Below, piece by piece: positions 42,001 through 50,731 of a stretch of 64,000 nucleotides of DNA. This DNA is from Thalia democratica (Eukaryota), in the NCBI GenBank assembly GCA_965202585.1, contig OZ241834.1:31682001-31746000 (forward strand), written 5' to 3'. Below the pieces are notes generated by a model. That model ran no database searches. It was not told the origin of the DNA and saw nothing but the letters and a program-made list of their open reading frames with translations. Every line of letters starts with the position of its first letter. Position 1 is the stretch's first letter. The translations under genes were made by a program, and so were the position numbers.

Positions 42001-42773
42001 AACTACTCCGTTTTGCTCTATAAGTATTTTATTTCACAATTAGTTCTTTATTTTTGTCGTTTTTCAACAGAGTGCAGTACCATCCCAACTGTAACTGGTG
42101 CAACAGCGACCGTTAATGGACACACACCCGTCACCCCGATCGATTACAATACACAGGTAGATTATACTTGCAATTCTGGGTATTCACCCAATACGGTTCA
42201 GTCGGTGAAGTGTGGAGTGACGACTGCCGGTCAAGTTGACGTGTCAGGCGTTGCTTGTGCAAGAAGTAATCACTTTTTTCTAATATTTATTATTTACAAA
42301 AAAATATATTCTGCAACATTTTTTTTTAAAAACAAGTCTATTTAGGTAATACATGTTTTGTTATAAAACATTTAAAGTTCGTGGCGCCTTAACTAATTTA
42401 TTAAGTTTATTTTTAACTGTTGAAAATAAACAATTGTAAGTTTTACTTCAGTTTTTAAAGCTTATACAAAAAAAAAGATGAAAATCAATATTCTAAAGTA
42501 AAAACTCTAACTGACTACTCATTTAGTTACACAGAAATATTTAACTTTATTAATAAAACTTGAACAGAATGCCTATCAGTGGAAACTTTAACCGATGGCA
42601 GCGTGAACTATCCAGTCGGGAAGACGTATGTGACGGAGGGGGAGTCGATCAGCTACTCGTGCAATAACGGTTTCACGATGAACACGTTAGCAGTCAACAG
42701 CATCAGTTGTCAGTCCGACGGAACTCTCAGTGCCACTCTCGCCGATCAAAACATCGAGTGCTTTGAAAGTTAA
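11907..42773 (+). CDS. Gene 1: multi-exon secreted protein, signal peptide - 2x trefoil-like - cbEGF - 32x Sushi/CCP-like (about 2,326 aa)
   Basis: Exons 11907-12049, 12409-12467, (12527-12583), 13089-13191, 13491-13555, 13939-13995, 14279-14386, 16434-16673 and 17022-17225, then 15 x (195-nt B + 201-nt A). All introns are GT-AG with compatible phases. Spliced length is 6981 nt, open to TAA at 42771-42773. Confidence 0.88.
12409..12467 (+). CDS. Second half of trefoil/P-type-like domain 1
   Basis: tttgcag|; [20 protein letters not shown]; |gtaaga. With the previous exon it gives the six-Cys C..C..C..CC..C trefoil pattern, including CCFD. Confidence 0.88.
12527..12583 (+). CDS. Possible 57-nt linker exon (S/P-rich)
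   Basis: tttcag|; [19 protein letters not shown]; weak donor gtagta. Symmetric phase 1-1, so the frame holds with or without it. Confidence 0.55.
13089..13555 (+). CDS. Two exons (13089-13191, 13491-13555): linker plus trefoil-like domain 2
   Basis: [34 protein letters not shown] / [21 protein letters not shown]. Six Cys with a CC pair, split by a phase-2 intron as in domain 1. Donors gtactt and gtaagt. Confidence 0.8.
13939..14386 (+). CDS. Two exons (13939-13995, 14279-14386): partial EGF-like plus calcium-binding EGF
   Basis: [19 protein letters not shown] / [36 protein letters not shown]; matches the C-x-D-x4-Y-x-C-x-C Asx-hydroxylation pattern. Confidence 0.88.
16434..16673 (+). CDS. 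Unique Sushi/CCP-like exon 1
   Basis: ttttcag|; CDVIPENP...[12 protein letters not shown]...[18 protein letters not shown]; |gtattg; 240 nt, phase 1-1, four Cys. Confidence 0.85.
17022..17225 (+). CDS. Unique Sushi/CCP-like exon 2 (diverged relative of the A exon)
   Basis: [18 protein letters not shown]...[11 protein letters not shown]...[22 protein letters not shown]; |gtacgt; 204 nt, phase 1-1. Confidence 0.88.
18010..18793 (+). CDS. Unit 1: CCP-B exon 18010-18204 + CCP-A exon 18593-18793
   Basis: B = [14 protein letters not shown]...VDYTCNSGY...VKCG...VACAR; A = [18 protein letters not shown]...SYSCNNGF...ISCQSDG...IECFA; long B-A intron (388 nt). Confidence 0.9.
19252..19946 (+). CDS. 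Unit 2: CCP-B 19252-19446 + CCP-A 19746-19946
   Basis: Intact phase 1-1 exons, cag|...|gt. Confidence 0.9.
20178..21820. mobile_element. Composite hAT MITE, copy 1 (intron after unit 2)
   Basis: TIR TAGTGATGTACCGG / CCGGTACATCACTA; 8-bp TSD GTAGAAAG; empty site visible in other units; 41-bp CCGG-rich subterminal repeats. Confidence 0.95.
22052..22746 (+). CDS. Unit 3: CCP-B 22052-22246 + CCP-A 22546-22746
   Basis: Intact phase 1-1 exons. Confidence 0.9.
22978..24664. mobile_element. Composite hAT MITE, copy 2 (intron after unit 3)
   Basis: Same TIR and TSD GTAGAAAG; one extra 41-bp repeat on the left. Confidence 0.95.
24896..25591 (+). CDS. Unit 4: CCP-B 24896-25090 + CCP-A 25391-25591
   Basis: Intact phase 1-1 exons; B variant TVIG. 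Confidence 0.9.
26043..26738 (+). CDS. Unit 5: CCP-B 26043-26237 + CCP-A 26538-26738
   Basis: Intact phase 1-1 exons; A variant ESLT, donor gtaggt. Confidence 0.9.
27189..27871 (+). CDS. Unit 6: CCP-B 27189-27383 + CCP-A 27671-27871
   Basis: Intact phase 1-1 exons; B variant TVYG, A variant ESLT. Confidence 0.9.
28327..29108 (+). CDS. Unit 7: CCP-B 28327-28521 + CCP-A 28908-29108
   Basis: Intact; B variant TTSG; long B-A intron (386 nt) like unit 1. Confidence 0.9.
29567..30261 (+). CDS. Unit 8: CCP-B 29567-29761 + CCP-A 30061-30261
   Basis: Intact phase 1-1 exons. Confidence 0.9.
30493..32130. mobile_element. Composite hAT MITE, copy 3 (intron after unit 8)
   Basis: Same TSD GTAGAAAG; right TIR CCGGTGCATCACTA (1 mismatch). 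Confidence 0.95.
32363..33056 (+). CDS. Unit 9: CCP-B 32363-32557 + CCP-A 32856-33056
   Basis: Intact; B variant PIVTG. Confidence 0.9.
33510..34203 (+). CDS. Unit 10: CCP-B 33510-33704 + CCP-A 34003-34203
   Basis: Intact; A variant YPGG. Confidence 0.9.
34417..35565. mobile_element. Composite hAT MITE, copy 4: divergent, internally deleted, independent insertion (intron after unit 10)
   Basis: Same TIR but TSD GTGTTAAT (34409-34416, 35566-35573); 1,149 bp; deletion junction near 35052. Confidence 0.95.
35819..36513 (+). CDS. Unit 11: CCP-B 35819-36013 + CCP-A 36313-36513
   Basis: Intact; donor gtaggt. Confidence 0.9.
36970..37664 (+). CDS. Unit 12: CCP-B 36970-37164 + CCP-A 37464-37664
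   Basis: Intact phase 1-1 exons. Confidence 0.9.
37896..39538. mobile_element. Composite hAT MITE, copy 5 (intron after unit 12)
   Basis: Same TIR and TSD GTAGAAAG; 1,643 bp like copy 1. Confidence 0.95.
39771..40465 (+). CDS. Unit 13: CCP-B 39771-39965 + CCP-A 40265-40465
   Basis: Intact; A variant ESLT. Confidence 0.9.
40920..41614 (+). CDS. Unit 14: CCP-B 40920-41114 + CCP-A 41414-41614
   Basis: Intact phase 1-1 exons. Confidence 0.9.
42071..42773 (+). CDS. Unit 15 (terminal): CCP-B 42071-42265 + terminal CCP-A 42568-42773
   Basis: A ends ATC GAG TGC TTT GAA AGT TAA (IECFES*) instead of ATT GAA TGC TTT GCT A|gtacgt, and is followed by sequence unrelated to the array introns. Confidence 0.85.
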
Positions 42774-44099
42774 TATTAAAATTTCATTTAGTTTTAGTAT
42801 GTTTTAAAAAATATTTTATGTTTAGAAAAAAATAATTTATGTTTTCTATAATGTTTATTGCTAACCACTATTTGTTGTACTATTAGTTAAAAGTAAAAGA
42901 GAGACTGGTGTATACTACTTAAGTGTTTTTTTTTACTTAAATTTGGTGCTTATACAATATTTTACTATACATCTCACTCATATTTTACTTTTACAAATCA
43001 TGATTGGACAACGTCAACCGAGTGCACTTTTATAAGCCTCTGAAATGTTAAGTCAATTTTACTTTTTTTAAAAACACATCTCAACCTTTTTGGAGAAATA
43101 ACGACTTTTTTTTAAACTTAGGAAATCATGTCTTCAGCTAATCCTAAGAAATATGTGACAACTTAAAAAATTTTTTTTTCTAAGTTATTTTAATAGTTCG
43201 ATCTGATGTTTTATGGTTAAGTGTTTTAGGTGCTTTAAAAGTGTACTTCGTACTTATATTAAATAAATCCTGTTTGTTTAATGTTTATTCTAAGTTTCAG
43301 TGCAACTTAAAACAAATAGTACTAGTAAATAAAACGAAAACCATAAGAAATAACATTTGCTAAACGTTTTAGTTAACTTTGCAAATGTTGTTGTCTTTTG
43401 TGTATTTTTTTCTCAAAGTTTGCAAACAGGTTTAGTGGAAAACTTATTTATTCAGAATTATCTAAGTCAAACTATTATAAAATACAAAGTTACTCTAACA
43501 ATGATTATAATCTATAGAAGAAAACTTATTCCACACTTTCTGTCATAACAAGTTTCAAAAGTGAGTTTGTTTTAGCTTTTGTGGCGCTTACATTTTATGA
43601 TTGTAACTTTGTATATCATTTTTAAAAGCTTCAAAATCTTAGACTTGATTTGATAATGATTAAAGAAAATAAATTTATTGTTTTTTTAAAGTTTTACAAA
43701 CAGGTAGTGAAAAATGCTGCCTAGAAAAATTAAGCTTTACTAACTGCCGTTATTTAGTCTTTGAAGTTATGACTAATGAAACAAACAAAGATCTTTCAAT
43801 GAAGCCTGGACCTAAATGTAAGATGGTGAACGTATGGTGGTGAAATCCATCACATCTTTACTGATGATTGCTAAAAACATTACTACCAGTGTAACTACAT
43901 ATTAAACTTAAGTTTTTTTGCATAATTTTTTTTACTAGTTCAAGACTTAACGGCTTATCTTAAATAAAAGCATATGTTTTTGTACTCAGTTTTACAAGCG
44001 TTTCTAATCTAAACAATAACCATTAAGAAAGTAACTTTGTTCACTGTGCTTATCAGTTTACTTTTTTTCAAAACCAAAACAGGTTATCAGATTTTTCAT
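42774..44099 (+). repeat. 3' flank / putative 3' UTR of gene 1, duplicated downstream of gene 2
   Basis: Colinear with 47927-49259 (same motifs, e.g. gagactggtgtatactact, gaagcctggacctaaatgtaagatggtgaacgtatgg); similarity ends at ...aggttatcag(a/c)tttttcat. Confidence 0.92.
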
Positions 44100-44325
44100 G
44101 TATACATTATAAAAGAATTTGTGGTTTAAAAATTAAACTAATTTTTACTTTTATTTTATTGATAAGAATGTTTAGTTTTAAATTATTATTTTCTTTAAAA
44201 TCTTTTAATACACAATTTTAAGTGTTAATTAAGTAAAAACTTATTCAATAAATGTTTGGTAGTGTTTATTATTTTAAATAAAATACGAATCAAAACTTTA
44301 GTGAACCTTCAAATTTTCCACTATA
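44098..44325 (+). repeat. Dispersed AT-rich repeat, second copy at 63623-63839
   Basis: Shared ATGTATACATTATAAAAGAATTTGTG ... CAAAACTTTAGTGAACCTTCAAATTTTCCACTATA. Confidence 0.85.
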
Positions 44326-45452
44326 CAAAAAATTTTTACTTTAATTACTTTATTATTTATAAATGACTTTTAGCTACTCATAGTTTAAATTATAAATATT
44401 TATTGGAATAAATTTACGTTTATTAATATACTTAAGATTTAATAAAATACTAACGTTCTTAAATACTTAATAAGCTAAGTTTAATATTTTTTTTATTATT
44501 TTACTTACAACCTTACTATCTTTAATAACCGAGCTTGAAAAAAGGTTTATGGGACACTTTTAAAATTTTTTTATACTATGAACTACTTTTCATATTTTAA
44601 AAATATTAACATTTGAAAATAATTTTTTGCGTCAAAAGTTTTTCGTTTTCAGTTTTTAAAAAACTTATTAATTAGTTAATTAAATAAAACTAATACCTAT
44701 TTGTATTATAGAAAAGCTAAAACAAATTCTCTAACATAACTAATGGTCAAATACTTTAATATAATACAATAGTAGTAATTAATTAGTTTTTTTTCATGGC
44801 TGCCACTTTAAAAGCAAAAAATGTCTGAGTTATATCAAACCAGCTTAAATTTATCAAAATTAAAAAAGTTAAAAATTTGTTCTTAATCAAGGTAAGTACC
44901 TATCTAAAATATTTCCATAAAAAAAATACACAATATTTAAAAGACAGGAAAAAATAAATTAGTGAGCTACACTACAGACATAAAAATGTTCTGAGATTTC
45001 GAAGATTTATTCAAAGTGTTCAAATAGATGCTTAACACACACCTGAGTTGTTAAAAAATATATTCAATAGGTTTAAAATAGTCTAAGTTTTTCAAATTTT
45101 TAAACTAGCTTGTGTGTTTGGCAACGGTGTTTAAAATAAAATTCAAAAATAAAGAAATAACAAAGTTTATTCACAATATATATATATATAACTATCTTTA
45201 TAATAATTTTTATAATATTTGATTTTGATAATACCATCTAGATAACCTATAACGGGCTTCCTTAATAATTTTTTTAGTTGTAATTACACAGAATTAAGTC
45301 ATTAAAGTTTATAAGAACTTTAAACGCTTTTAAAGTTTTAGTAAAATAGAAACATTTAACATGTTGCTGTCGCTAGTACAACAAATGCGTTTCAGTTCTA
45401 AGATGCTGCAGTTGATGTAAAAATTTATTAAACTTAAGTCGTATTTACCAAG

Positions 45453-47926
45453 CCGACACTCGAACATTGCTTTTTTACTTTGCTTTGCTTACATTTTGGA
45501 TTTTAAACTTTCGTATTAACGTTCAGTGCGACGACGGTGATATGCAGCCGAAAGATGGCGCCACAATTCCATACGAGTGCCCCGGTTATGGATGTGAGTG
45601 TTGTTTGTTGAATATTTGTTTGTTAAGTACAATTTGAGACTGTTTAAAATACAATGTATTGTAAATATTACGAACAGTTTTTAAAAACAGGTAATACTAC
45701 GAGTCGTTTTAAAGTTTTATAAATTCTAAAAGTTTCTTTTTCGATTGAAACTTACTACTTTAATATTCTCAAAAGTATCATTTAGTTCATGCCACAGCAC
45801 AAACTTTTTAACTTTTGTGTTAAAAGTAAACAGGTCTAAATAGTTTATGTTTTAGAAAAACTGTCAAAAAGTAGTGTAGTCATTAACTCAGGATTTTTTT
45901 ATTTTATCTCGATTCAATGACACTAAAAAATATGCATTGGAATACTTGCTTTTTAAAACCAATTCACAAACGACTGTAGCTTAACCAGCAGAGTTTTGCG
46001 AAACAACGTGCCAACTAGCACTTTCAGTCAAAACTCAACCGACGTCTCAAACTGCCAGCGTTCAACGCTCGCACATCAACGGATCACAACTTACAATCGC
46101 GCCCCTCAAACTTTTACTCGTTCAGATTGCGACCCGCTGACGGGCTTCGACGGTCCTGAATACGACGTCGTCGATTACCCGGGCGCGCAAGTGTACTCGG
46201 ACGGCACCTACCCCCCGGGCACGGTGGCGGACATTTGGTGCTCCGGACGACATTACTACTACAACGACAACAGGAACCAGAGGAAGTCGAAAACGTGCGT
46301 GAAGAGCGTCGGGTTCGTGAACGACGACGCCGGCACTTACGAGTGCACCAGAGGTTCGTTTTTTTTTTTCATGTGCTATTGTTCTTGTGGTTGTGAGTTG
46401 AGCGCGAATTGAACTGTTTTGATAATTTTTTTTAGAATAAAGTTAAGTGCCGCTAAAGCACCTTTGTGTTGTTGGTACTTTGTTCAAGAAAAAGTTTGTA
46501 ATATTGATTGTTTTCCAATGATAAATACACGTGGATGTATTTAAATGATGTAAGCTTTTTCCTTTAAACAGTAACTTGCAGTAGTCACAATCATACGTTT
46601 GTTATGTTCAAAATAAGCTAAAACGCTGATCATAGGAACATACACGCATAGCAACTCTACCAAATACCTTCCTTTGATTTTAGTTGATCGGACCGTAAAA
46701 TATTTTAAAATAAACACGTGACGTAAGCGAAAATGTATCAACCAATCACATATAAGCAAAAATATGTCAACCAATCACGTTTCACAGAATGTACCGCTCC
46801 GACGCTGCAAGACGGATCGTACGAATACAAGTCGAGGCCGGGCGGATTCTTGTCGGGCGACGACCAGTCCGTCGTAGTCTACCAGGACGTCATCACGTAC
46901 ATTTGCGACAGCACGCACACGATGGACCCCGCAGTGACGTCACCAGATATGACGTGCGGGGCGGGCGGAGCCATCCCGACCCTGGCCAGTCAGAACATCC
47001 AGTGCTCTGAAAGTTGGTGTTTCATTTTGATGTTCACTTTTTTTGAGATAAATATTTAAACTGTGCGCTTGGGATGGCTGAAAAGTTACGTCACAATGTA
47101 TGTGAACAGTGTGAGAGGAACTGGTGCATATTTTTGTTAGTTAAACTAAACGTTGGCTATCAAATCTAAACTCTTGCATTAAAAATATAACTCATTTGCA
47201 ATCATGTAAGTTCCTGTTTTTTTTAACAGAGTGCAGCACCATCCCAACTGTAACTGGTGCAACAGCGGCCGTTAATGGACAAACACCCGTAACCCCGATC
47301 GATTACGGTACACAGGTAGATTATACTTGCAATTCTGGGTATTCACCCAATACGGTTCAGTCGGTGAAGTGTGGAGTGACGACTGCCGGTCAAGTTGACG
47401 TGTCAGGCGTTGCTTGTGCAAGAAGTAATGATTACTTTTTCTTTAATTTTGTAATTACAATAAATTATGCTTTGCTTTATTTTTGTAAAAACCAAGTCTT
47501 ATTAGGTAGTATATGTTTTGTTTTGATTTAAAAACACTTACACGCGTTTTAATACGTTGGTAAGTTTTTTAATTATTTTAAAACAACGACTGTAAATTTT
47601 CTTCAGTTTTTAAATATTATTCTAAAAATTACGAAAATCATTGTTCTAAACGAAAAACTTTAACTGACTACTCATTTAGTTACACAGAAACATTTATCTT
47701 TGTCATCAAAACTTGAACAGAATGCCTATCAGTGGAAACTTTAACCGATGGCAGCGTGAACTATCCAGTCGGGAAGACGTATGTGACGGAGGGGGAGTCG
47801 ATCAGCTACTCGTGCAATAACGGTTTCACGATGAACACGTTAGCAGTCAACAGCATCAGTTGTCAGTCCGACGGAACTCTCAGTGCCACTCTCGCCGATC
47901 AAAACATCGAGTGCTTTGAAAGTTAA
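45453..47926 (+). CDS. Gene 2: short paralogue, signal-like peptide plus 4 Sushi/CCP-like domains; start codon unresolved
   Basis: Exons ~45453-45593 (RTLLFYFALLTFWILNFRINVQC-DDGDMQPKDGATIPYECPGYG |gtgagt), 46126-46353, 46788-47012, B 47230-47424 and terminal A 47721-47926 (FES*). Phases are compatible from 45593 onward. The 5' boundary is uncertain. Confidence 0.7.
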
Positions 47927-49259
47927 TATTAAAATTTCATTTAGTTTTAGTATGTTTTTAAAAATAGTTTATGTTTAGAAAAAAATAATTTATGTTTTTT
48001 ATAATGTTTATTGCTAACCACTATTTGTTGTACTATTAGTTAAAAGTAAAAGAGAGACTGGTGTATACTACTTAAAATTTTTTTTTTTTAATTAAATTTG
48101 GTGCTTATACAATATTTTACTATACATCCCACTCATATTTTACTTTTACAAATCATGATTGGAAAACGTCAACCGAGTGCACTTTTATAAGCCTCTGAAA
48201 TGTTAAGTCAATTTTACTTTTTTTAAAAACACATCTCAAACTTTTTGGAGAAATAACGACTTTTTTTTAAACTTAGGAAATCATGTCTTCAGCTAATCCT
48301 AAGAAATATGTGACAACTTAATTTTTTTTTTTTTTCTAAGTTGTTTTAATAGTTCGATCTGATGTTTTATGGTTAAGTGTTTTAGGTGCTTTAAAAGTGT
48401 ACTTTGTTCTTATATTAAATAAATTCTGTTTGTTTAATTTTTATTTTTAGTTTCAGTGCAACTTAAAACAAATAGTAGTAGTAAATAAAACGAAAACCAT
48501 AAGAAATAACATTTGCTAAACGTTTTAGTTAACTTTGCAAATGTTGTTGTCTTTTGTGTATTTTTTTCTCAAAGTTTGCAAACAGGTTTAGTGGAAAACT
48601 TATTTATTCAGAATTATCTAAGTCAAACTATTATAAATCCATTAAATTTATAAATTGCAAAGTTACTCCAACAATGATTAGAATCCATAGAAGAAAACTT
48701 ATTCCATTCCACGTTTTCTGTCATAACAAGTTTCAAAAGTGAGTTTGTTTTTAGCTTTTGTGGCGCTTACATTTTATGATTGTAACTTTATTTTTCTTTG
48801 TATATCATTTTTAAAAGTTTCAAAATCTTAGACTTGCTTTAATAAGGATTAAAAAAATTAATAATTGTGGTTTAAAGTTTTACGAACAGGGAGTGAAAAG
48901 TTCTGCCTAGAAAGTTTAAGTTTTACTAACTGCCTTTATTTAGTCTTTGAAGTTATGACTAATGAAACAAACAAAGATCTTTCAATGAAGCCTGGACCTA
49001 AATGTAAGATGGTGAACGTATGGTGGTAAAATACATCACAACTTCACTGATGATTGCTAAAAACATTACTACATAGTTCATTTACATAAAAGTTTTAATT
49101 AGTTTAAGACTTAACAGTTTTGCAATAACTACAATAAAAGTATATGTTTTTTTTTACTCCGTGGATTTTTTCAACAATAACCATTAACAAAGTAACTTTA
49201 CTTACTGTGCTGATCAGTGTCCTTCTTTCAAAACCGAAACAGGTTATCAGCTTTTTCAT
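47927..49259 (+). repeat. 3' flank / putative 3' UTR of gene 2 (copy of 42774-44099)
   Basis: Direct alignment by eye with scattered substitutions and indels. Confidence 0.92.
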
Positions 49260-50417
49260 TGACGGATTCGCCAGCCAGTCAAATCAAATCATGACGTTTA
49301 AATCTATGACGTCAACTGATTTGACTTGCAAGTCGGACAGTAATACAACAAGTTTCTAAGAATTTCAAAATGGTTTTAAGCTTCCAAAAAAGTCTTTGTA
49401 AAGAAATTTTAACTTTGAAAACCTCGTTGAAAAAAAGGTAAACTTTTTGATATCCTGTTAAAAATAGCTTGTTGTTTTTTATTGTTTTAACTTCAGTTTA
49501 TATTAAGATTAAAACAACACATAATATTTTATACAGTTACAAACAAGTTTCAATCACTTCTCATAGTAATTGTAAATATTATTTTACTAGAAGTTTTTCG
49601 TAAAACGTTTAATAATGTTTTTATTACTACTTGGGTACCTCTTAACGTCTAATATAACAATAAACAGTAGTCTGTTTCAACGATTTAAGGACTAAGTAAG
49701 ATACTTTAAAATCATGCAGTTCTGACTTTAAAATTTTCATAGCTTAAATAGTTGTAGGTTTCTTTCAAAGGTTTAAAGTAAAAAGGTACAAATTCGGGAA
49801 CAAGTTTTCATTTTTCAACGAACTTATTAGGATTTTTATTTTATTGTCAACTTAATTTTATAAGATTTTTTTTATGGAGAACTATAATAAAAAAAATTGT
49901 GAATAAAGTCCTTACCACCTAATATACAAAGCCCTATATAGTTTTGTTGGCCATTTATATTAGTTTTAATTCTAGTTGTAAAAAATATAACAGTAGATGA
50001 TATTTAGAACACCTTTAATCTTCAACAATGATTGCAGTTTTTTATTAAAGAATTAAAAAATGTAAAATAACAAATTTTATGTAGATGTATGTTAAAGATA
50101 TCAAGAATTTTATTTTACAAATAGTTATAAGTGACATTCGTTTAAGGAAACAAACTTTTTGTAGCTGATTTTATTGCTTCGGCTAAATATATAAGCTTAT
50201 TCTTAAATGTACCATGTATAAGTTATTTGATAAGTTGTAAAAAATAGCTGAACTTTAACACTTGCAGTTGTAAAAAGACTAGTAAATGTTTTACAATTAA
50301 AGCTTAACGCTAAACAATTCATTTGATAACAAACTAAAGTTTAACAAAATAAATATAACTAGTCTACTTTGCGGGCAAACAATTTGATAGTTTTGATTCA
50401 CAGGCCTGTTCCTAGAA

Positions 50418-50731
50418 CAGGGGTCGGCAAACTGCGGCCCGCGGGGTCCTTCTCAGCCAGAAATGTACATTTAAAGACAATAAAAATTGTAAGATTCTAA
50501 TAAAAACTTACAGTAAGGCTCTTAAATACAATATAAGTACTCTTTATTAGTGCTCTAATTTTGCCTAGTTTATCATCTTTTTTTGATCTTAGATAATATT
50601 TTTCTACTGAATACTAAAACTTATTTTAAAATAAATGCTGTCCTCAAAGATTTTTTTTTAATAGTGCGGCCTGCGAGCAAATTTTTCCAAGGAAAATTGG
50701 CCCGCGAGTTACATAAGGCTGCCTACCCCTG
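50418..50731. mobile_element. hAT (Charlie/Buster-like) MITE, 314 bp
   Basis: TIR CAGGGGTCGGCAAACT / AGGCTGCCTACCCCTG; GCGGCCCGC subterminal motifs; TSD TCCTAGAA / TCCTGGAA (7 of 8 match). Confidence 0.88.

Larger units (their letters stand above)
17950..42773 (+). repeat. Intragenic tandem array of 15 two-exon units (basic period about 1.14-1.15 kb, longer where a MITE is present)
   Basis: Exons and introns are both repeated. B starts: 18010, 19252, 22052, 24896, 26043, 27189, 28327, 29567, 32363, 33510, 35819, 36970, 39771, 40920, 42071. A starts: 18593, 19746, 22546, 25391, 26538, 27671, 28908, 30061, 32856, 34003, 36313, 37464, 40265, 41414, 42568. Confidence 0.97.

Noticed and set aside
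49277-49326. 10-bp inverted repeat AGTCAAATCA/TGATTTGACT enclosing a TGACGTCA (CRE) site
   Set aside because: A short isolated motif with no evidence of function; plausible by chance or as a TE scrap.
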